A stretch of DNA of 64,000 nt. It comes from Octopus vulgaris (lineage: Eukaryota). Location: positions 192,448,001 to 192,512,000 of the forward strand of contig OX597815.1 in the NCBI GenBank assembly GCA_951406725.2, in the 5' to 3' direction. Positions 40,091 through 52,140 of the stretch are shown piece by piece. A program made the position numbers and the translations under genes. Numbering within the stretch: the first letter of the stretch is position 1; each line of letters opens with the position of its first letter. Under the pieces are notes generated by a model. That model was not told the DNA's origin. It was given only the letters and a program-made list of their open reading frames with translations, and did not search any database.

Positions 40091-40252
40091 TACGACAGGC
40101 TTCTTTCAGTTTCCGTCTACCAAATCCACTCACAAGGCATTGGTCGGCCCGGGGCTATAGCAGAAGACACTTGCCCAAGATGCCACGCAGTGGGACTGAA
40201 CCCGGAACCATGTGGTTGGTTAGCAAGCTACTTACCACACAGCCACTCCTGC
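39805..40252 (-). mobile_element. SINE family A
   Basis: Full-length match to family A. Confidence 0.9.
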
Positions 40253-40844
40253 TTTAATATCTGTTCAAGATATTTAAATGTATGTAACTGAATTTCTTCA
40301 AAACTACCAATGGTTAAATTCGTTTTTGTAACTATTCGAGTAACCCCTTTCACCAAATGATGTTTCGCAAACTCCCTTGAATTTCATAATGTAAACACTT
40401 TTCTGGTTATTAATTTCCATGGGTGAAAAAACGAAAATAACTAAAATATATAAATAAATGAATGAATAAAGGTAAAAGCAAAATGAATTATTTCATATTT
40501 AATTACTGAGAAATCAATAATTATTAATACTAAAAGTATATAGTACAAAAAGAAAGAAATATTTTCTAGAGATGAAAATAAGCGTTGAACCAGTAAAACA
40601 ACACATTTGGCTTTAATTTATCATTCCATTAATTTTATTAAAGAGCATTCATTTAAAAAACTGTATTTATGAATTTAGATCTAACAGATCGTTGATATTC
40701 GACCTTGGTGCAATATCAGTAATGTTTTCTGTTCACTGACAAGACAACATTGTGTTTATACCTTAATACCGACAAAAATTGTTTTCGAAAATTTGTTTTA
40801 AGATATAAAGTATTGCACCTGGATTAAATTCTTTTATTCTTCTA

Positions 40845-41246
40845 TTCTTTTTACTGGTTTCAGTCACTTGACTGCGTGCGGCCATGCTGGAGCACCACCT
40901 TTAGTCGAACAAATCGACCGCAGGAATTGTTCTTTGCAAGCCAAGTATTTATTCTATCAGTTTCCTTTTGCCGAACCGCTATGCGACGGAAGCGTAAACA
41001 CACCCACGTCAGTTGTCAAGCGATAATGGTGGGGGGCAGACAGACACAAATACATACATATATATATATGTGTGTGTATATATACGACGGGCTTCTTTCA
41101 GTTTCCGTCTACCAAATCCACTCACAAGGCTTTGGTCAGCCCAAGGCTATTGTAGAAGACACTTACCCAAGGTGCCACACAGTAGGACTGAACCCAGAAT
41201 CACGTGGTTAGGAAGCAAGCTTCTTACCACACAGCCGCTCTTGCGC
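40845..41246 (-). mobile_element. SINE family A
   Basis: Diverged full-length match to family A. Confidence 0.85.
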
Positions 41247-41601
41247 AAGAAAAACCACAACCTTCTAAATCCTCTAAATACCTAGTCATCCCCTTAGTAC
41301 CCCTTTATATTTGTCACACCATTGTGAGAACTTAAACCCATATATACTCCTGGTTGCGTTTTCGCAAAGCAAAACCTGCTCCTACTTGTTTCGACATGAA
41401 CTCCCCGGGTAGCATCTGACTGAGCATACGAAATGCTCAGTAGGTAGTCAACACCCGTAGCTAACAGTTTCATACTGTCCTCTTCCAGATTGTGAAAGCT
41501 CACCGTAACGTTTAATCTTTATATGGATTAACGCCTAGTGGACAGGAGCAATGAAATCTCCAGTCCACTGGATTAATGAAATCTTGCCATGTAGGGAGTA
41601 A

Positions 41602-42140
41602 CGTGAAGATGCATGGCTTAGGGGTTATAGTGTTCGACTCATGATCATAAGTTTGTGGTTTCGATTCCTGGAACGAGTGATGCGTTGTGTCCTTGGGCAA
41701 AACACTTTATTTCACATTGCTCCAGTCCACTCAGCCGGTAAAAGTGAGTTATCCTGTTACGGACCGGCGTCCCGTCCAAGGAGGAATATATACGCCAGAA
41801 AAACTGCAAAACTAGCTCTGTGCTCCTAACGGAATAATGTAGACTAACCATGAAGGGGTGGAGGCACATGGCCTAGTGGTTAGAGCAGCGGACTGGCAGT
41901 CGAGGGATCGCGGGTTCAAATCTCAGACCGGGCGATCCGCTTGTTTATGAGCGAAGCGCCTAAGCTTCACGCGGCTCCGGCAGAAGGTAATGGCGAAATT
42001 CTGCTGACTCTTTCGCCACAACTTTCTTCCACTCTTTCCTCCTGCATCTAGCAGCTCACCGTCGAAGTGGGGAACCCATTCGCCAATGAAACCGGCCCTT
42101 ATGATCCAGGCATGGATCGAGAAGGAACAAACAACAATCA
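41602..42140 (+). mobile_element. Two adjacent SINEs, D-type head (41602-41830) and B-type head (41858-42140), each with a different tail
   Basis: Heads match families D and B; the 3' parts differ from those of the 32910 and 27053 copies. Confidence 0.75.
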
Positions 42141-42324
42141 TTAAGGGAGGAGTACTAGAATTCGGACTGTAAGATATTTATAAATTCATTCAAGGAATTC
42201 CATGGATCGAATTTCGAACAAGAAATTGAACCAGCTCGACAATATCCAGAGCTGTATCGATCTCTATATTAAGAACCATTCGGAACCAATCAGTCATCTG
42301 GATGTATCTAAGCTCTTTATCTTT

Positions 42325-42650
42325 TATCTGTTACTTGGTTCAGTCATTAGACGGCGGCCATGCTGGAGCACCGCCTTGAAAATTTTTTAGTCGAATTACT
42401 TAACCCCAGTAATTTTTTAAAGAGCTTGCAATTTATTCTATCGGTCTCTTTCGTCGAACTACTAAGTCACCGGGCCATAAACAAACCAACACTGGTTTTC
42501 AAGCGGTGGTGTGGGGCAAAGACGCAGAGACACACTTATGTATGTATATATGTGTGTATGCGTGAGTGTGTGTGTATGTAGGTGTATGTACATAAATGTG
42601 TGTGTATGTGTGTGTGTGTGTATATGTGTATGTAGGTGTATATATATAAA

Positions 42651-42681
<31 letters not shown>

Positions 42682-42873
42682 AGTGTATATGTGTGTACAT
42701 GCATATATACAACATGTTTGTTTTTTGTTTGCGTCTATTAAATTCACTCCCAAAGTTTTGGCCGTCCCGAGTCTATATTAGAAGACACTTGCCCAAGGTG
42801 CTGCGTAGTGGGACTGAACTCGGAACAATGTGATTCAGAAGCAAGCTTCCTCCTGCACAGCCATACTTGCGCC
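42325..42873 (-). mobile_element. SINE family A with an expanded internal microsatellite
   Basis: Diverged match with a ~170-bp internal TG/TA tract. Confidence 0.8.
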
Positions 42874-43657
42874 TTAATTCACCGTCTTCGAAATCATTGG
42901 TTTTTATTTCTAAGAAAATTGGCATCGATAATAATTTACCAACGATGCACCGACAGAAAATCTTAAGAACTTCATAAGCATACAAAAATATTAGATATGT
43001 GAATTCTAATCTTGTTTTTCCTTATAAATCCTTAATTCAAATTTCTAATCCACATATGAAAACACGAATACCTCCCACGTAATAACTGTGTCCACCAGGG
43101 GAAAACGTGTGTGTGTGTGTCCATTATTGTTCGTATCAAATGTAAAAGCAACACAAAATTGCATATCTTCCGATCCTAACATATAAATATTTTTTTGTCA
43201 AGTTAATATATAACCAATATATTTAGCTTTTATTACATAAATGCTACTTGTTGAATCTAATACTATTTAAGCAATGTCTAATATAAGAAAACATCGTGAG
43301 AATGTTCGACAAAGTTGCAAACTCCTTTAATTTTTCTTTACACACAGAGTTAACGTATTAATCAAGAGAATACGAACATGAGAGAACAGCGAATATATTT
43401 ATTATGAAGCTCTTCATATTTCCTACTTCTTATAAAGAATTCTTATGTATGTATGTACATACATACATACGTACGTACGTACATATGTATGTAGATACAT
43501 ACATACGTACGTACGTATGTATGTAGATACATACATACGTACGTACGTACGTACGTAGATACATACATACGTACGTACGTACATACATACATACATACAT
43601 ACGTACGTATGTATGTATGTATGTATGTATGTATGCATGTATATACATATCAACATT

Positions 43658-44010
43658 GTTTAACGTCCGCTTTCAAAGCTGGCATGGGTTGGACGGTTTG
43701 ATTGAGGACTGGAAAGCCAGGCTCCAATCTGATCTGGCAAGGTTTCTTATTTCTTTACTGCGCACAAGGGGCTACACACAGAAGGGAAGGGGGACAAACA
43801 AAGACAGACAAACGGATTAAGTTGATTATATCGACCCAAGTGTGTAACTGGTACTTATTTAATCGATCCCGAAAGGATGCAAGGCAAAGTTGACCTCGGC
43901 GGAATTTGAACTCAGAACGTAACGGCAGACGAAATACCGCTGGCAAGATTTCTACAGCTTGCTGCCTTCCTAACGCCAACCACTCCGCGAGTGATGCGGG
44001 TGCTTTTTAT
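43658..44010 (-). mobile_element. Family F copy interrupted by a 5'-truncated SINE C (43748-43939)
   Basis: 14-bp TSD CTGGCAAG(G/A)TTTCT at 43734-43747 and 43940-43953. Confidence 0.85.
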
Positions 44011-44295
44011 CTTTAATTACAACATAAGATGCAATATATAAGTGTGTCTCTTTGTGGCTGTGTTGATCGCACCCATCATCGCTTGACAACTGCTGTTGGT
44101 GTGTTTATGTCCCTGTAACTTAGCGGTTCGGCAAAAGAGGCCGATAGAATAAGTACTAGGCTTACATAGAATAAGTCCTAGAGTCGATTCCTTCGACTAA
44201 AACCCCTTAAAGCAGTGCTCCAGCATGACTGCAGCCAAATGACTGTAACAAGTAAAAGAATATACATTACACACACACATACATACATATATATA

Positions 44296-45255
44296 TTGGG
44301 TTGTCCGGAAAGTTCGTGCCGAGTTTTAAAGGAAAGAAAAAGATCAATAAATACTTGCCATTACAATTTTAATCAACCTAATATGAAACACTTTGTTGCA
44401 CAATGCATCTCCATCTTTCCTTTAACTCGAAAATACCCTCTTCCTAGAACTGGGGTGAATTCATGGCAAAGAATTCATCAAAGTATCTTTTTACGTCATC
44501 CAAGGAATTGAAATTTTTACCATTAAGACTATTCTGCAGAGACCTGAATAAGTGGAAATCCGAAGGAGCAATATCTGGTGAATATGGAGGGTGGGGTAAC
44601 ACATCCCAGCCGAGCTGCAGCAATTTTTGTCTGGTTCCCAAAGAAACGTACGGTCGTGCTATAATCATGTTGGAAGACAACACCCTTCCTGTTGGCCAAT
44701 TCTGGACGTTTCTTTCGAACTTTTGCTTTTAACTCGTCCAGTTGTGTGCAGTATTTCTCAGAATTAATTGTCTGGTTAGTTGGGAGAAGCTCATAGTACA
44801 AAATTCCTTTCCAATCCCACCAGACACAAAGCAAGACATTTTAGGTTGAAGTCCCGCTTTTGGGGTGGTTAAGGGTGGCTCGTGTCGCTTACTCTAGGAT
44901 CGCTTTCTCAGAATATTTCGGTAGATAATCCATTTCTCATCACCTGTCACAATTTGCTTTCAAAATGGCGCGTTTTTATTCCGTTTATAAAGCGAATCAC
45001 AGACGGAAATGCGATCCAAAAGGTTCTTCTCACTCAACTCATATGGTATCCCAAACATCGTAGTGATTTGTGTACCCAAGCTTTACCAGGTGCTCATGAA
45101 CGACGGATTTTGATAGGTTGAAGCTTTCTGCCTATTCTCGAGTTGTGCAATGTGTGTTATTCTCAATTAATGACTTGATTTGGTCATCTGTAGTGGATGG
45201 TCTGCCTGATCACTCTTTATCAATAAGGCTGGAACCTTGCGAACCACTATTTCTA
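44296..45255 (-). mobile_element. Dead mariner (DD34D type) transposase pseudogene, 5'-truncated
   Basis: LCVWWDWKGILYYELL, GVVFQHD and HPPYSPDIAPSDFHLFRSL with frameshifts; one end reads TA|TTGGGTTGTCCGGAAAGTTCGTG. Confidence 0.92.
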
Positions 45256-45699
45256 AATGATTAAAATATTGTGTTTAATAAGAGTGAAGAAAGAAACATT
45301 TAACGTAAAAAGAAAAAGAAAACAAATAATAATTTTTCGTTGTTAAACCACTGTCTAATCGAAAGGTTAGAGTTTCTTCCCTTTCGGAATACTTTCCCAC
45401 TATACACTGTTTCGGATATCTATACCCCCAAACCCAGAATATCTCAATAACTACTGCTCTGGTTTACGCGAAACTTGTTTCATTCTGCTCGTATTAACAT
45501 TTCAGGGTTAACTTAATTCATAGTATTTTCCTATTATGTACCAGTTTGGCTGGGTAACATTACAAGCAAGCAAGCAAGATTCAAACTGGCTTTTAATGTA
45601 TGTATATATATATATATATATATATATAAATTAATAAATAAATAAAACATATGCATATATACATACATATATGTACGTACCTACCTCTACATGTATATA

Positions 45700-46010
45700 T
45701 ACATGCATATATGGGTACAGGACACCAAAAAAACGTCGAACACAATGAGAAACGAAAACAAACACAAAACCAAGGAAATGGACATTGTTCTTAAACAACG
45801 AAAAAATAGAGTACAGGACATACAAAACAAGGAAAATTCCCCTTCTTCAGTCGCCTTTGTTACATCTATTCCATGTTTCGAAGGTCAAGGCGATACATGA
45901 CTTTAATGAAACAATCCTTCCCGCGAAAATCAAATTTAATAAAATTTGAGATTTTTTTGCGGAGGGGTAAAAATGGTAACAAAAACAGGACAGTAACGAC
46001 AGTACAAAAT
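45700..46010 (-). mobile_element. Probable Penelope-type 3' terminal repeat carrying an atypical hammerhead-like motif (45839-45899)
   Basis: T/G-rich tail ending in TA-rich repeats, as in family G; contains CUGAAGA, GAAA and GUA core strands. Class is inferred. Confidence 0.5.
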
Positions 46011-46352
46011 ATAAACAGTAAAAGACAGGACAAGGAGAATAACAGTAACACAAACAAGAAGGGCTGTTACATATACATACATATATACATGTGTATGCGT
46101 GCGCTCGCATGTGTGAGAATCGAGTAAAACCCTTGTGGACTGCTATACGAAGTTCACCTGCGGTCATTCGTTACCTGATGTCATTATAAAGCAGTGAGAA
46201 TGTTCCTGCTACCGGATATATATCGGAAATTCCACTGTATCCGTAGAGTTTATATAAATAGATAAATGATAGGAAATGGAATTAAAGAAAATGGAAAACT
46301 TTCTATTGTTTATCATTTACTTCCATGTGTGTGAGTGTATACACAGACACAC

Positions 46353-46426
<74 letters not shown>

Positions 46427-46625
46427 CTAAAATAGTTTCAGAATTTCGAAGGATCCCTTTGGTACAATGGTAGAACGCCTATCATGTATAAAAGTGATGT
46501 GGGTTCAAGTTGTATATGCGGCCTTCGACTTTTTATGTCCAAAAGATGCTTTCATCCTAATATTTACATATTATTATTAAAATCTTTATATGTACATCGG
46601 GATCCAATCTGAAACAATATATATA

Positions 46626-46675
<50 letters not shown>

Positions 46676-46947
46676 ATAGATATATATACATAATATAATA
46701 TACTTTCTGTATTCACTGTGCTTTCAGACAAGATTTTCATTAGGATTAATCTGTGTTCTTTAAATCATTTAAGAATAGCACATTCTCTAATCCAGCACTA
46801 GATTAATTGTTGGAAACTCTGACAATTTCCAGAAACGATTGCTGGCTTTCAAGCAATAAGAAATTCTGTTTGAATTCCTACTTAAGTTGATATACGAAAA
46901 TATATTATTCATCTTATAAATAAACCAAGGAAGAGCTTGTATGTCCG

Positions 46948-47393
46948 TATATATACCTATTAGTATATGTACATATGTATGTGTGTGTATATGTATATAT
47001 ACCTATTAGTATATGTACATATGTATGTATGTATATATGTATATATACCTATTAGTATATGTACATATGTATGTGTGTGTATATGTATATATACCTATTA
47101 GTATATGTATGTATATATGTATATATACCTATTAGTATATGTATGTATATATGTATATATACCTATTAGTATATGTATGTATATATGTATATATACCTAT
47201 TAGTATATGTATGTATATATGTATATATACCTATTAGTATATGTACATATGTATATATACCTATTAGTATATGTACATATGTATATATACCTATTAGTAT
47301 ATGTACATATGTATGTATATATATATATGTATATATACCTATTAGTATATGTATATATATATATATATATATATACCTATTAGTATATGTATG

Positions 47394-47395
<2 letters not shown>
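46948..47395. repeat. Minisatellite with an ATATACCTATTAGTATATGTA core
   Basis: About 13 copies, unit length ~28-44 bp. Confidence 0.95.
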
Positions 47396-47436
<41 letters not shown>

Positions 47437-47983
47437 ATGTAGAGAGAGTGAGAGGAAGACAGAGTGAGTGCGAGTGAGAGAGGGTGTATGTGTGTGGGGG
47501 TTGATGGAGTCAACACTTCAACTCTTAGTCATTGTCTATTATTAGATCAGCTGTGATTGAGTAAAGTTTATGATCAAAAGTATTTCATACATCACGACTA
47601 TTTCCTGTTATATTTTTTTTATACAGTATATATCTAGGATTGTGAGGGAGATAGATGCGTGACCTAGCGGTTAGAATGTTGCATTTACGATCTCAAGATC
47701 GTGATTTCGATTCTCAGACTGGCGGTGCGTTGCATTCTTGAGCTAACCATTTCAATTTTACGTTGGCCCAGTTCACTCGATTGTAAATGGGTCACCCTGC
47801 GACGAATCGCTGTTCTGTCCGGGGGGGGGGTATGGGCTTGCCAGTCTAGCCAGTGGGCTGGCATCATTCCAAAGCTACACTTTCTGTCCGTTACTTAGCC
47901 CGTCTGTAACGCTTTCACCCGATTAGTTGAAGGGAATGGTGAAGAGCAGAAGAAAAAGGAGAGGAAAAGAGGGTGAAGCGAAG

Positions 47984-48031
<48 letters not shown>

Positions 48032-48683
48032 TGTGCTGTGTATTAAGTCTATAAAATTATGCATAAAATATATAAAGTGCATTAAGTAATCCTCGTATTC
48101 CAATTTCCTTCACTTTTCAATGGTTAGCAGATGAACGACTATCTTTTGAGACAGGCTCAACACAGACTACACTTTCAATAAGTTTACCATTGATTCCGTG
48201 AAATATTCACGGGTCCCGCTAGCAGATATAATTTGAATAGACTTGGCTGCTATTTCTAGTTGGACATGCCACCGCATAATTGTTTTCTAGTGGGCTTAAC
48301 TCTTAGTTCTGCTCTATGATATGAAAAGCATGTCATTCTTCGTTACTCTCTATTTGTCACGTTTTCCCAACTCTGGGAATATGTTGCATGGTATTAATTA
48401 AACTGCGTTGAAAATCTTCCCAATATTTTGTCATCATTCCAAATGTTCTCTCACCTCCAAGGTATTGTAATCACGATTCCAGTTTTTTTTCTTCGTCAAG
48501 TACATGTTAACAACACCAGACAGGATCAATGGTCAGTATGTTTGACAACGCCAGGCTGAATTAACAGTCAGTACCCTAGCAACTGAGGAAGATAAGTCTC
48601 CCAATATGGTCGCTGTGGCTGCTAGAAATAACAGTCAAATTTTCTTAAACTACCTCCTCATACTTTTAAAAATATGTATCGGA

Positions 48684-49100
48684 GGATCTTTTCGGTTTGA
48701 ACGGCAGTTTTTAACATAATTTCTAGGTAACTAAAAAATTTAAACTTCGTGTACTGGTAGAATGTGTCAATAAAATATCCTTTTCTCTTGGCTTTATTGA
48801 GAAAATTCATTAGTTTGTAAGATATTTGTTGTTTTTTTTCTTCAATTTCTGCAATTTCAACCAATCAATAACGTCTATTGAGGTAAAAAAAACATTCTGT
48901 GCCGTATGAATATGTCCCTCGTTTAAGAAACAGATTGGGTTTATTTACATTTGTGAAGAAAAAAAGATACTCTTCTCCCACCCCTAACCCTAACCCTAAA
49001 ACAGATTGAAATGCAATAGATCGATACTAGGGTTATAATTATGGGTGTTAATTTCATATGACACCGCAAGAATAAACTACCGTTCAAACCGAAAAGATCC
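48684..49100. mobile_element. MITE with 21-bp perfect TIRs and an 8-bp TSD
   Basis: GGATCTTTTCGGTTTGAACGG...CCGTTCAAACCGAAAAGATCC; TSD GTATCGGA at 48676-48683 and 49101-49108; internal CCCTAA repeats. Confidence 0.92.
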
Positions 49101-51107
49101 GTATCGGATACTGCAGAGCTAGATACGAAAATAGATGGGATGGTCACGGCTGGAACGCTTTAGTAATGTATGTGTTCGATCAGAGCTGGTGTAGAGTAAA
49201 GAATGATTAATAAACAACTTGTATGCATTTTTTTTTTTCCTTTTCGGAATTGCTTTGAGCAGGACAAAGTGCTACGCCCAAAGCCGACTCGGATATTGAT
49301 AAAACTGATGTCGTTAACATCTCGCTTAAAATGCCACAAGTCGACAGATGCAGAAATAATAAAAGAGAAAAAAAAAACATCTGCAGGAAAAGAATTCTAA
49401 AAGAATTTTCGTGTCATCAATGTTGTAACCTTCAACCATACATTCACACTTTTTAAAAATTTTTTGACGTTTTCTCTCATTTTCATTTTCTATTCTATCT
49501 TGAACACATTCTTTTATCACTTGTAAATACTCACTATTCTCTTTGGTTCCTATTGGTAATTATGGTGCATTCTCTAGACGCAGAGATAATTTTGATAAAT
49601 CAAGAATTTATGTTGAATGGTATTTGATAGAGCAGTATTCATCTATGTTGTTATACAGTTTTGTTTCAACTCCAAAATAAAATTAGGAAAATGTGCTGAT
49701 GTTACAACTAAATGAAATACGAAAGAAAAAGAAAACTGTAAAATCATTTAATATTAAGAAAAATATACAATACGATTAATATAAAATAAAGCTGAAGCAA
49801 ATGAACACCAAATATATAGTGCGTGTGTTTTTATTGGCTAAACTGGCAACATGACCGTCCTCAAATACAACAATATTTATTTATATTGCTTTGAATTAAT
49901 CTTACATTATCTTGTAGCTTTAATATTTCAATAATGTGACAGTCTAGTTTGAATATAAAACATAGATCTCGCCGGTTTGAATGTTATATAACATATATGT
50001 TATATATAACATATATGTTATATATAATGTTATATATAATCCATTCTTTCCCGAACATGGATGGCTGAAAATTCGGTGCATCTAACATGACGCAGTGATT
50101 TTCCCTTCTACGCTGCTGTCACTCGTGTTGGTTCCAGTGATTTGACCATCTGCTTTAATTTATGCCGTTGTCAATACCGCCTCATTCTTTCTCTTGCTAG
50201 TTTATATCGTCTGTCGTCCATATTTTATAAACAAATATCAACTTTCAAGGGAGTAGGCGATAAATAAGTGCACTTATTCGCCTGATGGGCGATATATATA
50301 AAATTTAGTTCAATAAAATAAACTACACTTTTCACTCACTCACTCACTCAACACCACCTCCTCACCACCACTACCTCCTCGCCATCACCACTACCTCCTC
50401 GCCATCACCACTACCACTTCATATATCTCTTTTTCTTTCTATTTCTTACTTCAAAAAAGTTTTTAACTATGTTATTTCCCTCCCCGCATCGTTATAATTT
50501 CTCTATTTCTCTTTCCCTTCACCGCACATTTTAATAACCACGTGACAGCATAATGCACTGGTTGGCAAAACGTCTCTACTCTCTGTCTTGCTCTCTCTCT
50601 TACTCTCTCCCTCTTTCTTTCGCTCTGCATATATATAACTATCTGTTTTCCTTCAACCTCACCGCTACACCACCTTCCGCTAAAGATTGCATTTCTAACT
50701 TTCTCTGCATCTCTCCCTTCAACTAACATTTGAACCACGTAATAACTATTACTTTCCTCCTACCGCACGTGGTTCGCATTTCTCTGCCTCTTTTTCCTCT
50801 TGTTCTGCGCCTTTCCCTTCAATTAACCACCTGACAGCATAACGATTTCGGCCTTAGCATATTAAAATATAGATAATATCGATGATGATATTGATGATGA
50901 CGATGACAGCAAAAGACCAACTGATCTTCCAATTGACATATACTTTTAAGTTTTAACACTAAGAAAACTAGTTAAGGTTGCGGCAAAAAGAAAGACGATT
51001 AATAATGAAAGTAGCTAATTTGTAACAGTATCGAAGAAAAACTCGTGCAGTAAACGAGCTGACAATTTGGCTAAAAATAGTTAATTATCTCCCAAATCAC
51101 ACTACCA

Positions 51108-51266
51108 CAGTAGCGTAGCTAGTGGGTGGAAAGTGCGGACTTGTGCTCGGGCAAAATTTTTGTTTCATAAACCTGCATGTTAGGTTGAAATACAAAGTGG
51201 GGATGTTGGTGTAACACATAAACTTGAGAACTGCTCAGGGCACCACACATTCTAGCTAGATCACTG
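51108..51266. mobile_element. hAT-like MITE
   Basis: Imperfect TIRs CAGTAGCGTAGCTAG and CTAGCTAGATCACTG; flanks CACTACCA and CTCTAACA match at 6 of 8 positions. Confidence 0.55.
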
Positions 51267-51289
51267 CTCTAACAAAATCAGACACAATT

Positions 51290-51770
51290 AAATACTTGTG
51301 CTTGTGGCAGCATTCACCTGGGAGGTCTGTGACGAGAAGATTGAGCTGGCTCCAACCAGCAAGTTCATCAGGTCCCTCATGTATACTGACTAAACCTGAC
51401 GGTCGACCCTTGCTTTCCAGTTGGCAAAGTAATGCTTCTGCCTGCAAACATCCAGCTTCCAAATTTTATAAATGCGCCACTGGGAGAGCAAGCGCGTCGG
51501 CCTAACCGTAGTCGTCATTCATTTTTGAGGTGTAGAATTTATGTTTGGAGTTTCAGAGGGAATCCAAGTTCACATTGGGTCCCCGGTCACATGCATAAAC
51601 ACTTTGCGACAGTGTGACTTATAACAGATTATCTTGCCTTTGATTGTTGACCGTCGCAAAGGATTCGCTGACCAAGTCACTACCGATCATCGGAGCATAC
51701 ATAACCTGGAACTGAAGCGCGTGGCACACGTGGTAGTTAACCCATAGCTGGCACCATAACAGATACTACT
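51290..51770 (-). mobile_element. Possible highly decayed RTE-type LINE 3' region
   Basis: Fragments CYGASYGLT, RLRLG and LLCQLESKGRP occur in the order expected for RTE motifs (LLYGSETWTLT, RLRxAGH, LLW...RGRP). Confidence 0.35.
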
Positions 51771-52082
51771 GTTCTGGGTCAGAGTAGATCGAAGAACAAT
51801 AGTGGTTAAGCCTTTAGAACCCTGGAACTACTGGATGTAGTTTAAAGTCTTACACTTAGATTAAGTAGCCCTAGATAGCCCTATAAGGATGGGAAGGTCA
51901 CTGTTAGAATACTTTTGAGCATAGTTTTGTTTCTTACGTGATTAGGATTGATCTGAGACTAAACAACAACTGCAATAACAAGTACATTATTTACAATTGA
52001 CGGATATTTGTCCTCATCTTGTTTGTTAACAACGTTTAGGCTGATATACCCTCCAGCCTTCAAGTGAGCTGGAGATAACAAT

Positions 52083-52140
52083 GGACAATTGTCGTCCTGA
52101 TGGTGGCTATTTAGTCAGAAACACGTGTCCATGACTGTCC
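52083..52140 (+). ncRNA. Degenerate minimal hammerhead ribozyme motif
   Basis: GGACA...GUCGUC-CUGAUGG-UGGCU(AUUU)AGUCA-GAAA-CACGU-GUC-CAUGAC-UGUCC; palindromic helix III; A9>G change and one stem I mismatch. Confidence 0.55.

Noticed and set aside
46451-46525. tRNA-like A and B boxes
   Set aside because: No cloverleaf pairing; at most a decayed tRNA-derived head. The SINE heads are likewise not tRNA genes.
48982-49000. CCCTAA repeats as interstitial telomere (also 15610-15628)
   Set aside because: Only 2-3 units, and internal to a MITE.
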